From the NCBI GenBank assembly GCA_026388915.1, contig JAPLIW010000424.1, forward strand, positions 1 to 32,079: a DNA stretch of 32,079 bases, in the 5' to 3' direction. A program made the position numbers and the translations under genes. The stretch is from Deltaproteobacteria bacterium (GTDB lineage: Bacteria; Desulfobacterota; SM23-61). Within the stretch, counting starts at the first letter, position 1. Each line of letters starts with the position of its first letter. A model generated the notes under the pieces. The model was not told the DNA's origin. It searched no databases and was given only the letters and a program-made list of their open reading frames with translations. Shown here piece by piece: positions 17,481 to 27,130 of this stretch.

Positions 17481-19178
17481 TTAATCCTCCACCGTGACCT
17501 TCAGGACTTCTTCTACGCTCGTGACCCCTTCCTTGAGCTTCTGCAGTGCCGCCTGCCGCAAGCTTTTCATCCCCAGGCTGACGGCCTCCTTCTTGATTTC
17601 CCCGGCTGAAGCCCCCTGGAGGATTTGCTCCCGGACCTCTTCGCGGACGGGGAGAACTTCATATAGGGCCACGCGCCCCTTGTAGCCGGTGTTGCTGCAG
17701 CGGGCGCATCCCGCCCCCTTGTAACAGGTAAACCCCTGGAGTTCCTCGGAAGGAACTCCCAGATTCAGGAGCATCTGGGGAGAGACCTGGACCACGGTCC
17801 TGCAGGCATCGCAAACTTTCCTTGCCAGTCTCTGGGCAACGATCAGATTCACCGCCGAGGCCACCAAAAAGGGCTCGATGCCCATGTTCAGCAGACGGCT
17901 GATGGTGGCGGGGGCGTCATTGGTGTGGAGCGTGCTCAACACCATATGCCCGGTCAGGGCGGCCTTGATGGCGATTTCAGCGGTCTCAAAGTCCCGAATC
18001 TCCCCCACCATGATGATGTCCGGATCCTGGCGCAGGAAGGAACGGAGGCAGTTGGCGAAACTCAGCCCGATTTCCTCGTGGATCTGGACCTGGTTGATTC
18101 CCATGAGGTTGTACTCCACCGGGTCCTCGGCGGTGGAAATATTTTCGGATATCTGGTTCAATTCGGTCAGGGCCGAGTAGAGGGTCGTGGTCTTCCCGCT
18201 TCCCGTCGGCCCGGTCACCAGGACCATGCCGAAAGGCTTGTGAATGGCGTCGCGGAACTCCAGGAGGGGTTTTTCTTCGAACCCCAGCTTGGTCATGTCC
18301 AGCTGCAGGCTGGATTTGTCCAGTAACCGCATGACCACCTTTTCCCCGAAGAGGGTGGGCAGGACGGATACGCGGAAGTCCATCTCTTTATCTTTCCCGT
18401 ATTTCACCTTGATCCGGCCGTCCTGGGGAAGGCGGCGTTCAGCGATGTCCAGCTTGGACATGATCTTCACGCGGGAAGTGATGGCATTCTTGAGCTTCAG
18501 CGGGGGCTTCATGAACTCATACAGTACCCCGTCCACCCGCAGGCGGACCCGGAAGACTTTTTCATAGGGCTCGATATGGATGTCGCTGGCGGCCCTATTG
18601 ATCGCCTCGTTCAGAACCAGGTTTACCAGCTTCACCACCGGAGCATCTTCGACCGCCTGCTTCAGCGCGCTGACGTCGATGTCCTCCGAGTCCTCCAGAA
18701 GATCAATCGTTTCCCCTTCTTTGATGCCATCCATGATATCGTTGAGGGCATCGGAGGGGTCATAGAGCCGGTCAATGACCGTCTTAATGGCGCTTTCCGT
18801 GGAGACGAACACCTCTACATGGCAGCCGGCGAGAAATTTGATATCATCGATGGCCAGGATATTAGAGGGGTCGCTCATGGCAACCCGAAGGGTGGACCCG
18901 ACTCGTTTGATGGGAATCGCCTGGTATTTAAAAATCACGTCGGCCGGGATCATCTTCATGGCGTCCGGGTCGATCTGGATTTCATTCAGATCGATGGCCG
19001 GGACGCCGTAATGGCGGCTGAGGAAAGAAACCAGGGTCTTTTCACTTATGTATCCCAGCTTTACCAGGCCGGAACCCAGCTTGCTTCCCGAGAGTTTTTG
19101 ATCCTGGAGGGCTTTTTCCAGTTGTGCGGGGGTAATTAAGCCATTGCTGACCAAAAGGTCACCCAATCGGCCGGCCAT
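17481..19178 (-). CDS. pilB: Type IV pilus extension ATPase PilB
   Basis: MshEN-like RLGDLLV..GLI start, ASDIHIEP, LDIAERRLPQDG, Walker A GPTGSGKT, RQDPDIIMVGEIRD, STLHTN and a CxxC..CxxC Zn motif. Confidence 0.96.
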   Translation of the reverse strand: MAGRLGDLLVSNGLITPAQLEKALQDQKLSGSKLGSGLVKLGYISEKTLVSFLSRHYGVPAIDLNEIQIDPDAMKMIPADVIFKYQAIPIKRVGSTLRVAMSDPSNILAIDDIKFLAGCHVEVFVSTESAIKTVIDRLYDPSDALNDIMDGIKEGETIDLLEDSEDIDVSALKQAVEDAPVVKLVNLVLNEAINRAASDIHIEPYEKVFRVRLRVDGVLYEFMKPPLKLKNAITSRVKIMSKLDIAERRLPQDGRIKVKYGKDKEMDFRVSVLPTLFGEKVVMRLLDKSSLQLDMTKLGFEEKPLLEFRDAIHKPFGMVLVTGPTGSGKTTTLYSALTELNQISENISTAEDPVEYNLMGINQVQIHEEIGLSFANCLRSFLRQDPDIIMVGEIRDFETAEIAIKAALTGHMVLSTLHTNDAPATISRLLNMGIEPFLVASAVNLIVAQRLARKVCDACRTVVQVSPQMLLNLGVPSEELQGFTCYKGAGCARCSNTGYKGRVALYEVLPVREEVREQILQGASAGEIKKEAVSLGMKSLRQAALQKLKEGVTSVEEVLKVTVED

Positions 19179-19213
19179 ACGCTATCTCTCCACAATTATA
19201 TTGTTTTCAAAAA

Positions 19214-19242
19214 AATATAGAAGGCTATCAGGGTCTTGTCAA
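19214..19242 (-). promoter_or_regulatory. Putative sigma70 promoter of pilBC
   Basis: TTGACA (19242-19237), 17 nt, TATATT (19219-19214). Confidence 0.65.
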
Positions 19243-19350
19243 GAAATTTCCAATCTTGTCTAAAGCATTATCGTCACCGGGCAGAAGAATCTGAAATCTT
19301 ATCCATACCTTTACTACCTGCATGGGCAGGCCGAAGAGGATATCTTTCTA

Positions 19351-19379
19351 TTGACAACCCTTTGGAAAGAGAGTACTTT
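19351..19379 (+). promoter_or_regulatory. Putative sigma70 promoter facing the pgpA-cinA-recA operon
   Basis: TTGACA (19351-19356), 17 nt, TACTTT (19374-19379). Confidence 0.55.
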
Positions 19380-19552
19380 TTCTCCTTGGTTGAAAATTTG
19401 CACCCTATCACGGCAAATAAAATTACCCTGCCCAATGGGGGTATACGGGATAAATCATTTTAACTTCGCTATAAAGAAAAATAAAGGCCATATCGGGGGG
19501 GTTGGGGATTTTTTATCCTTTTCGCGTGCTAAGCGCTGGGAGGTAATGAAGT

Positions 19553-20020
19553 TTGAATCGCTTGATTATCGCCATGGCTTCTGTCGGCTATGCAGGTTTT
19601 TCTCCCCGGGCGCCGGGAACCGCGGGAACGGCGGTGGGGATTCTGGTCTATCTTCTTTACTCCTCCTTCCCTCCCCTGCTCTATTTCCTCAGCACGGGGG
19701 CTTTTTTAATCCTGGCCTGCTGGATTTCGGAGCGGGCCGAGGTTCTGCTGGGCCAGAAAGACAGCCCGAAGATTGTCATCGATGAAGTCACCGGCTATTT
19801 GATAACCATGGCTTTTGTCCCCTGCACCCCATCATCGATGGTGATTGGATTTCTTTTTTTCCGGGTTTTGGATATAATAAAACCGCCCCCTGCAAATTGG
19901 ATCAACCGGGAGATGAAGGGCGGCTGGGCGGTTGTTCTGGACGATGCGGTGGCCGGAGGGTACGCGAATGTTCTCCTCCGTCTGACTGCTGTTTTTTATC
20001 CGGGCCTTTTCCTTGTCTGA
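19553..20020 (+). CDS. pgpA: Phosphatidylglycerophosphatase A
   Basis: G.SPRAPGT.GT, KDSPKIVIDEV.G, FFRVLDIIKP.P and GG.AVVLDD.VAG. TTG start after GGAGG. Confidence 0.93.
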   Translation: MNRLIIAMASVGYAGFSPRAPGTAGTAVGILVYLLYSSFPPLLYFLSTGAFLILACWISERAEVLLGQKDSPKIVIDEVTGYLITMAFVPCTPSSMVIGFLFFRVLDIIKPPPANWINREMKGGWAVVLDDAVAGGYANVLLRLTAVFYPGLFLV

Positions 20021-20055
20021 ATCGATCACGCCGAAGGCTCAAGAGGAGTCATTCC

Positions 20056-21318
20056 TTGCGCGTCGAACTTATTACCATTGGGAACGAACTGACTTCCGGG
20101 GAAGTGGTGGACACCAACGCGGCGTTCATGGCTGAACTCCTGTCGGAAGCCGGCCTGGAGGTGGTTTTCATCACCACCACCGGGGATGAGGCCCTGCGCA
20201 TCGAGGATTCCCTCCGCCGGGCGCAGGAGCGCGTTGAGGTCATCATCGTGAGCGGAGGCCTGGGGCCCACCAAAGATGACATCACCGCGAGTTCTGCGGC
20301 CAAGGCCATGAAGCTTGATCTGGTTCTAAACCGGGAGGTCCTGGAGAATCTGAAGAAACGCTTTGCCGAAGGGGGAATGGAAATGCCGATTTCCAACGAG
20401 AAGCAGGCTTTTTTCCCCCGGCAGGCCGAAATCATTCCCAACCCCATGGGTACGGCCTGCGGTTTCATCGTCCGGCGGCCGGGCAAGGTCTTTATCTTTC
20501 TCCCCGGCGTCCCGCGAGAGCTGAAGGTTTTGATGAGAGAAAAGGTAATTCCCTTCCTGGAGAAAGAAAGAAAGGAAAAGGTCTTGGTGCGCTCTCGCAC
20601 CCTGAAAGTCTTCGGCTTCACCGAATCCGCCATCGCCGATTTGCTGAAGGATGTGAGACCCCAGGATTTTTCCGCCACCCTGGCGTACCTTCCCCGGTAT
20701 CCCGAGAATCATGTGAAGATCATCATCCGGGGACGGGTTGCCGAAGAAGCGGAAGATAACCTCCGGAAGCTGGAAAGCCTGATCCGCGAAAAACTCCAGG
20801 GGCGGGTCATCGCCGTTGACCGGGAGACTCTGGAGGAGATCGTCGGTCAACTCCTCCGTGCCGAGCGGGCGAACCTGGCCGTGGCTGAATCCTGCACCGG
20901 GGGGCTCGTGGCTCGTCGCCTGACCCAAATCGCCGGCAGTTCCGATTACTTCGAGAGATCCGTGGTCGTCTACAGCAATGCCGCCAAGGTTCAAATGCTG
21001 GGGATTCCGGGAGATTTGATCGACCGCGTCGGCGCGGTGAGTGCGGAAGTGGCGGAGAAGATGGCCGAAGGCGTGCGCCGGGTCAGCAACGCCACTCTGG
21101 GATTGGCCATTACCGGGATTGCGGGACCCGCGGGCGGATCGGAAGAAAAACCGGTGGGCACGGTCTTCATCGCCCTGGCGAGCCCCAAAGGAACCGTGTC
21201 CAGGCGATACCCGTTCATGGGTGACCGGGACCAGATTCAGACCATTTCCGCCTACACGGCGATTGACTGGGTGCGAAGGTATTTTTTGAATTTGATACCG
21301 GCTTTCAAGAACTTGTAG
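20056..21318 (+). CDS. cinA: Competence/damage-inducible protein CinA (MoCF-like domain plus PncC NMN deamidase domain)
   Basis: TTG 20056 after GAGGAG. ELITIGNEL..G..VDTN, SGGLGPT.DD.T, LPGVP.E, AESCTGG, GSS.YF, GAVS and ITGIAGP.GG...KPVGTV. Confidence 0.94.
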   Translation: MRVELITIGNELTSGEVVDTNAAFMAELLSEAGLEVVFITTTGDEALRIEDSLRRAQERVEVIIVSGGLGPTKDDITASSAAKAMKLDLVLNREVLENLKKRFAEGGMEMPISNEKQAFFPRQAEIIPNPMGTACGFIVRRPGKVFIFLPGVPRELKVLMREKVIPFLEKERKEKVLVRSRTLKVFGFTESAIADLLKDVRPQDFSATLAYLPRYPENHVKIIIRGRVAEEAEDNLRKLESLIREKLQGRVIAVDRETLEEIVGQLLRAERANLAVAESCTGGLVARRLTQIAGSSDYFERSVVVYSNAAKVQMLGIPGDLIDRVGAVSAEVAEKMAEGVRRVSNATLGLAITGIAGPAGGSEEKPVGTVFIALASPKGTVSRRYPFMGDRDQIQTISAYTAIDWVRRYFLNLIPAFKNL

Positions 21319-21340
21319 GACCGGGTTTCCAACCCGCCCT
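21315..21340 (+). repeat. GTAG-type REP-like element overlapping the cinA stop
   Basis: GTAG followed by the imperfect palindrome gaccgggtt-tcc-aacccgccct. Confidence 0.5.
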
Positions 21341-21353
21341 CACGGCTATTTTT

Positions 21354-21926
21354 ATGGACGACATTCGATCTTTCATCGCCATTGAAGTTCCCCAGGCCCT
21401 GAAATCGCGGATGGATGAGCTCCAGCGGGAGCTCCGCCGGACGGAGGCGGATGTGAAATGGGTGCGTCCGGAGGGGATTCATCTGACTCTCAAGTTTCTC
21501 GGCTCCATCCGCCAGGAGGATGTAGAGCGCATTTCCCAGTCCATCGCGCCGGCGATCGCGGGGTGGGAGCCCTTTGAGGTGCGGGTGCAGGGCATGGGCT
21601 GTTTCCCCAATCCCCGCAACCCCAGGGTCGTCTGGCTGGGGATGGACCGGGGAAAAGAAATTCTCACGGCGCTGCAACAGGCGGTGGAAAAGAAGATGGC
21701 CGAGCTGTCTTTCCCGGCGGAAGAGCGCCCCTTTTCTCCCCACCTGACGCTGGGAAGGATCCGGTCTCCCAGGGGCAAAGGAGGATTGGCCCAGGCGATT
21801 GACAAACATCGGGGAGCGGAAGTGGGAACTTTTCAGGTCCGGGAGGTTTTTCTCTTCCGGAGCGAACTCCGTCCTTCCGGAGCGGTTTACACGAAACTAA
21901 AAGAATTCCCGATGCGGCGAGATTAA
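21354..21926 (+). CDS. thpR: RNA 2',3'-cyclic phosphodiesterase (2H family)
   Basis: RSFIAI, two HxT motifs (HLTLKFLG, FSPHLTLGR), PRVVW.G and S.L...G..Y. Confidence 0.93.
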   Translation: MDDIRSFIAIEVPQALKSRMDELQRELRRTEADVKWVRPEGIHLTLKFLGSIRQEDVERISQSIAPAIAGWEPFEVRVQGMGCFPNPRNPRVVWLGMDRGKEILTALQQAVEKKMAELSFPAEERPFSPHLTLGRIRSPRGKGGLAQAIDKHRGAEVGTFQVREVFLFRSELRPSGAVYTKLKEFPMRRD

Positions 21927-21960
21927 AATTTTTCCCAAAATATTCCCCTAAGGAGGATCC

Positions 21961-22977
21961 ATGCCAGCGGAGAGCCCGAAAGAGAAAGCCATTGAACTGG
22001 CCGTCAGCCAGATCGAACGCCAATTTGGCAAGGGATCGATCATGCGTCTGGGGACGGACGCCGTGCTCCCGGAGATACCGGTCATCTCCACGGGCTCTCT
22101 GGCCCTGGATATAGCCCTCGGCGTGGGCGGGGTGCCCCGCGGGCGGGTGGTGGAGATCTACGGCCCGGAAGCCTCGGGCAAGACCACGCTGGCCCTTCAT
22201 ATCGTCGCCGAAGCCCAGAAAAAGGGGGGGATTGCGGGTTTCATCGACGCCGAGCATGCCCTGGACGTAGCCTATTCCCAGAAGCTGGGGGTGAAGACCG
22301 ATGACCTGCTGATCTCCCAACCCGATACCGGGGAACAGGCACTGGAGATTACCGATATGCTTGTGCGGAGCGGGGCCATCGACGTCGTGGTCGTCGACTC
22401 GGTGGCTGCTCTGGTTCCCAAGGCGGAACTGGAGGGGGAGATGGGCGATGCCCACATGGGGCTGCAGGCCCGCCTCATGTCCCAGGCCCTGCGGAAACTT
22501 ACCTCCACCATCAGCAAATCCAACACCTGCGTCATCTTCATCAACCAGATCCGCATGAAGATCGGCGTTTTTATGGGCAATCCGGAGACCACGACCGGCG
22601 GAAATGCCTTAAAATTTTACGCCTCGGTTCGTCTGGATATCCGGCGCATCGGAACCATCAAGGACGGGCAGGAGGCCATCGGAAATCGGACCAAGGTCAA
22701 GGTGGTGAAGAATAAAATGGCCCCTCCCTTCCGGGAAGTGGAGTTTGACATCATGTACGGGGAAGGGATTTCCCGGGAAGGGGACCTGGTGGACCTGGCG
22801 GTGGAAAAGGAGATCATCCAGAAGAGCGGGGCGTGGTTCTCCTTCGACGATGAGCGGATCGGACAGGGCCGGGAGAATGCCAAGGTTTTCCTGAAAGAGC
22901 ACCCGGAGACCGCCCGGGCTATTGAAGAAAATCTCAGAGAAAAATTGGGGCTGGTGAAAAAACCAAAGGAAGATTAA
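21961..22977 (+). CDS. recA: Recombinase RecA
   Basis: [50 protein letters not shown] and [14 protein letters not shown]. Confidence 0.99.
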   Translation: MPAESPKEKAIELAVSQIERQFGKGSIMRLGTDAVLPEIPVISTGSLALDIALGVGGVPRGRVVEIYGPEASGKTTLALHIVAEAQKKGGIAGFIDAEHALDVAYSQKLGVKTDDLLISQPDTGEQALEITDMLVRSGAIDVVVVDSVAALVPKAELEGEMGDAHMGLQARLMSQALRKLTSTISKSNTCVIFINQIRMKIGVFMGNPETTTGGNALKFYASVRLDIRRIGTIKDGQEAIGNRTKVKVVKNKMAPPFREVEFDIMYGEGISREGDLVDLAVEKEIIQKSGAWFSFDDERIGQGRENAKVFLKEHPETARAIEENLREKLGLVKKPKED

Positions 22978-22980
22978 ACG

Positions 22981-23054
22981 AAATGCGGAGTGCGGAATTC
23001 GGAATGCGGAATGAAAAAATGAAGCTTGAAATTCCGCATTCCGCATTCCGAATT
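22981..23054. repeat. Heptamer-repeat hairpin element between recA and recX
   Basis: aatgcgg agtgcgg aattcgg aatgcgg aatg ... aa attccgc attccgc attccga att; same family as 6262-6342. Confidence 0.85.
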
Positions 23055-23075
23055 AGAAAAGTCCCTTACCCTTCT

Positions 23076-23567
23076 ATGCCGACCCAGCGATCGAAGTCTC
23101 CGGAAAGCGCAGAGACGTCCGCCATGCGCCTTCTGGGCAGGCGCGATTACAGCCGTCAGGAGCTGCTGCGCAAGCTCATCGGGAAAGGATTTTTAGCCGG
23201 AGAGGTGGAGGGGGTCCTCGTAAAATTCGAGAGCCTTGGACTCCTGGATGATCGAAAATTGGCCCAGCGCCTGGTTGACTATTATTCTGGGGAGAAGCTC
23301 TGGGGTCCGCAAAAGGTTTTACAGAAATTGGTTCAAAGGGGGATCCCGGCTGAGTGTGCCCGGGACCTGGTCGACGGGGAAGAGGAAAGCGGGAAGGCAC
23401 CGGAACGACTTCGAAAGGTTCTGCATCTTAAATCGAAAAGCCAAGACCTCCATTCTCTGTCGCCTCAGGGAAAGCGACGGCTGGCCAACTACCTCCGGCA
23501 GAGGGGGTATGGCTGGAATGATATCTGGGAGGCCTTGCAGGAAATCGGAGGTTCGGTAGAAGAATGA
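23076..23567 (+). CDS. recX: Regulatory protein RecX
   Basis: AMRLLGRRDYSRQEL..KL, GLLDD, WGP.KV..KL..RGI and YLRQRGY; lies between recA and alaS. The start is uncertain; the track's 22983 start translates the repeat. Confidence 0.88.
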   Translation: MPTQRSKSPESAETSAMRLLGRRDYSRQELLRKLIGKGFLAGEVEGVLVKFESLGLLDDRKLAQRLVDYYSGEKLWGPQKVLQKLVQRGIPAECARDLVDGEEESGKAPERLRKVLHLKSKSQDLHSLSPQGKRRLANYLRQRGYGWNDIWEALQEIGGSVEE

Positions 23568-26212
23568 TGACCGGAAGCGCGGTACGCCAGAAATTTCTGG
23601 ATTACTTCAAGAGCAAAGGGCATGCCATCGTGAGCAGTTCCTCACTGGTTCCCCAGAAGGACCCTACCCTGCTCTTCACCAATGCGGGAATGGTCCAGTT
23701 CAAGAATTACTTCACCGGCGAAGAAAAGACCCCTTTTCCCCGCGCTACGACCTCGCAGAAGTGCGTGCGTGCCGGGGGAAAGCACAACGACCTGGAGAAC
23801 GTGGGTTACACCGCCCGCCATCATACCTTCTTCGAAATGCTGGGAAACTTCTCCTTCGGCGATTATTTCAAAGAAGGGGCCATTGCTATGGGATGGGAGT
23901 TCCTCGTGGATATCCTGGGCCTGCCCCCGGACAAGCTCTGGGTTACCATTCACGAAGGGGAAAAATCCCTGGGAATCGGGGCGGATGAAGAGGCGCGGAA
24001 ACTCTGGAGAAAATACGTCCCGGAAGAAAGGATCCTCACTTTTCCCAGCAAGGATAATTTCTGGCAGATGGGAGACACCGGCCCCTGCGGCCCCTGCTCG
24101 GAGATCGTCATCGACCAGGGTCCGACAGTGGGATGCGGGCGTCCGGAGTGTGCCCCGGGCTGTGACTGTGACCGGTACCTGGAGCTGTGGAACCTGGTCT
24201 TCATGCAGTTCGAGCGCTATGCCGACGGCACGATCAAGCCCCTGCCCAAACCGAGCATCGACACCGGCATGGGCCTAGAGCGGATTACGGCGATCGTTCA
24301 GGGGGTGGAGAGCAATTACGACACGGACCTCTTTACCCTCATCTTGAAGGCGATCGGGGGATCCTGCGGGAAAAAATATGATCCCCCATCCCCGGCGGGC
24401 GTTTCTTTCCGGGTGATCGCCGATCATGCCCGCGCGGCAACTTTCCTGATCAGCGACGGCGTCCTCCCTTCCAATGAAGGGCGGGGCTACGTGCTGCGCC
24501 GGATCATGCGCCGGGCCATGCGGCACGGCAAGAAACTGGGAATCCACGAGCCCTTCCTCTTCCGGCTGACCGATGAAGTGATCGCCCTCATGCAGGATGC
24601 CTATCCGGAACTCGTAAGTCACCGGGAAATGGTCAAAAACATGATCTCCAACGAGGAGGAGCGCTTCTCCGAGACCCTGAGCACGGGGCTTCGCCTCTGG
24701 GGCGATGAAATCCGCAAACTGAAAGAGCGGAAATCGAAGGTCATTCCCGGAGAATTGATCTTCAAGCTCTATGACACCTACGGGTTCCCCCTGGACCTGA
24801 CCGAAGAGATCGCCCGCGATGAAGGGTTTCCCCTGGATAAAAAAGGATTTGAAGAAGCCATGGAAGCCCAGCGGGAACGAGCCCGGGAATCCTGGAAGGG
24901 TTCGGGGGAAGAAGCTTTGAAGGAGGTTTACAAGTCCCTGGCGGCCCTCAAGCTGAAGACTGAATTCGTGGGCTATGACCGCCTGGAGACCGAGGGAAAG
25001 ATTCTGAAGATGTTCAAAGGCGAGGCGGAAGTGGAGAGCGGAAAAGAAGGCGAAGAGGTGGAAGTGATCACCGACCGAAGCCCCTTCTACGGAGAAGCGG
25101 GGGGCCAGCAGGGAGACCAGGGGATTCTGTCCGGCAACGGATCCCGGATGGAGGTTTTCCGCTCGAGCAGACCCCTGCCCGACGTGATCGTCCATCACGG
25201 GACCATCCAATCCGGAGCCTTCCGGGTGGGAGACACCCTCAAGCTGCGGGTGAATGCCGAGAGCCGGGGCAAGACCGCTCTCAACCACACGGCCACCCAT
25301 CTGCTGCAGGCCGCCCTGCGGCAGGTGCTGGGGGACCACGTCAAACAGGCCGGGTCTCTGGTGACTCCCGACCGCCTCCGTTTTGACTACACCCACTTCT
25401 CCCCCCTTTCAGAGGAAGAAATCGACCGGGTCGAGGAGATTGTGAATTCCCGGATCCGGCAGAACCTGCAGGTCTGTGTGTCCCATATTCCCTATAAAGA
25501 GGCCGTTCAGAAAGGGGCCATGGCCCTTTTCGGCGAAAAGTACGGGGATGTCGTCCGCCTGGTCCAGGTGGGGGAAATCAGCGCGGAACTCTGCGGAGGC
25601 ACCCATACGACCCGCAGCGGGGATATCGGTCTTTTCAAGATCCTGTCCGAGACCGGAGTGGCTTCCGGGGTACGGCGGATTGAAGCGGCCAGCGGAGAGG
25701 GGGCCTGGAAAGCCCTCAAGAAAGAAGAGGCTGAGCTTCGGGCGATATCCGATCTGGTGAAAGCGAAGCCGGGAGAGGTGGCGGAGAAGGTCCAGCGGAT
25801 TCTGAAACAGCAGAAGGATCTGGAGAGGGAATATCAGGTCCTCCAGGTTAGAATCGCTTCGGGGAAGACCAAAGACCTGATCTCCTCGGTCCGGGAAGTC
25901 AAGGGCGTTCGGGTTTTGTCCGCCCGGGTGGAGACGAAAGACCCGAAGAGCCTGCGGGAGGCGGCCGACCGTCTGAAGGACCAGATCAAGTCAGGCATCA
26001 TTCTGCTGGGCGCCCAGGGAGACGGGAAAGTCATGCTTCTCTGCGCGGTGACCCCGGACCTGGCCGGAAAGTACCCGGCCCAGAAACTGGTTAAAGAAAT
26101 TGCTCAGATCGTGGGGGGGACCGGAGGAGGGCGGGCCGACATGGCCCAGGCCGGCGGTACGAAAGTCGAAGCGTTGGCGGAGGCGCTGGAAAAAATCTAC
26201 TACCTCATTTAA
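23564..26212 (+). CDS. alaS: Alanine--tRNA ligase
   Basis: DPTLLFTNAGMVQFK, RHHTFFEMLGNFSFGDYFK, GPCGPCSEI, IDTGMGLER, NHTATHLL, ELCGGTH and GGGRADMAQAGG. Confidence 0.99.
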   Translation: MMTGSAVRQKFLDYFKSKGHAIVSSSSLVPQKDPTLLFTNAGMVQFKNYFTGEEKTPFPRATTSQKCVRAGGKHNDLENVGYTARHHTFFEMLGNFSFGDYFKEGAIAMGWEFLVDILGLPPDKLWVTIHEGEKSLGIGADEEARKLWRKYVPEERILTFPSKDNFWQMGDTGPCGPCSEIVIDQGPTVGCGRPECAPGCDCDRYLELWNLVFMQFERYADGTIKPLPKPSIDTGMGLERITAIVQGVESNYDTDLFTLILKAIGGSCGKKYDPPSPAGVSFRVIADHARAATFLISDGVLPSNEGRGYVLRRIMRRAMRHGKKLGIHEPFLFRLTDEVIALMQDAYPELVSHREMVKNMISNEEERFSETLSTGLRLWGDEIRKLKERKSKVIPGELIFKLYDTYGFPLDLTEEIARDEGFPLDKKGFEEAMEAQRERARESWKGSGEEALKEVYKSLAALKLKTEFVGYDRLETEGKILKMFKGEAEVESGKEGEEVEVITDRSPFYGEAGGQQGDQGILSGNGSRMEVFRSSRPLPDVIVHHGTIQSGAFRVGDTLKLRVNAESRGKTALNHTATHLLQAALRQVLGDHVKQAGSLVTPDRLRFDYTHFSPLSEEEIDRVEEIVNSRIRQNLQVCVSHIPYKEAVQKGAMALFGEKYGDVVRLVQVGEISAELCGGTHTTRSGDIGLFKILSETGVASGVRRIEAASGEGAWKALKKEEAELRAISDLVKAKPGEVAEKVQRILKQQKDLEREYQVLQVRIASGKTKDLISSVREVKGVRVLSARVETKDPKSLREAADRLKDQIKSGIILLGAQGDGKVMLLCAVTPDLAGKYPAQKLVKEIAQIVGGTGGGRADMAQAGGTKVEALAEALEKIYYLI

Positions 26213-26251
26213 AAGCAAAGACCAAGGAGCGGAGAGCAGGGAGCGCTGCCT

Positions 26252-26989
26252 TTATGATTGTTTCTTCTTCTTGGCTTCTTTCTCCTCTTTTTCCTTTCGC
26301 TTTTTCTCTTCTTTGGCAATCTTTTCCCGGCAGGTCGGCAGGAGGGGATTGATCTTTCCCTCGAGGCCCACATCCGGGTATTTCTTTAAAATCTCCTCGA
26401 AGCGGCCCAGGGCGGCCTTGTAGTGCCCTTTCCGGTAGTAGAAATGCCCGATGTAATACTCATGGTCGGCAAGCTGGCGCCGGCAGATCTGCATCCGGGT
26501 TTTGGCGTCGGAGGTGTATTTGCTCTGGGGAAAATTTTCGACGACATAACGAAACTGTTCCAGGGCTTTCTCGGTTACGGTCTGATCCCGGTCGATCGAG
26601 AGCATTTGTTTGGAATGACACATCCCGACCTGGTAGATGGCGTAAGGGATCTCCGGATGAATGGGATGGAGTTTCTTAAAGTCTTCATACTGGACGATGG
26701 CCTCGGCGTAATTCTTGTCGAAATAGAGGGAATCGGCCAGGCGGAGTTCGGCCAGGGGGGTGTAGGTACTCAGCGGAAAGTCCTCCTTGAACTTCCGGAA
26801 AGCCTCGGCCGAGCGTTCATATTTTTTCTTTTCCAGCAGACGGAGACCCTCTTCATACGCCATCTGCGGCGTCCTCTCCGGCTCCTTTTTCTCAAAAAGA
26901 GCACACCCGCCAACCCAGAACAGCAGAGAGAGGGCGACGAAGATCACAAACGAAGAAAAGCTTGTTTCTTTACCTTTCGACCTTCTCAT
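26252..26989 (-). CDS. bamD: Outer membrane protein assembly lipoprotein BamD (ComL/YfiO)
   Basis: Lipobox VGGC, TPR pattern (FP.S....AELRLAD, F..LHP.H, DRDQ, LA.HE..IG.FY, AA.GRF) and a Lys/Glu-rich tail. Confidence 0.92.
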   Translation of the reverse strand: MRRSKGKETSFSSFVIFVALSLLFWVGGCALFEKKEPERTPQMAYEEGLRLLEKKKYERSAEAFRKFKEDFPLSTYTPLAELRLADSLYFDKNYAEAIVQYEDFKKLHPIHPEIPYAIYQVGMCHSKQMLSIDRDQTVTEKALEQFRYVVENFPQSKYTSDAKTRMQICRRQLADHEYYIGHFYYRKGHYKAALGRFEEILKKYPDVGLEGKINPLLPTCREKIAKEEKKRKEKEEKEAKKKKQS

Positions 26990-27033
26990 ACCTCAATTCA
27001 TTTCCTGCGCTTTTTGAGAAAAGATCCAATTCC

Positions 27034-27062
27034 AATATATATTCCCCACCCTCTGCTGTCAA
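27034..27062 (-). promoter_or_regulatory. Putative sigma70 promoter of bamD
   Basis: TTGACA (27062-27057), 17 nt, TATATT (27039-27034). Confidence 0.65.
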
Positions 27063-27130
27063 TCGGAAGGTATTCCGCATTCCGGTAACTTTTCCATTCC
27101 GCCCTTCGTATTGGAGGTTTTTGGTACTTG

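Noticed and set aside
22983-23075. N-terminal extension of RecX
   Set aside because: It is a translation of the heptamer hairpin element.
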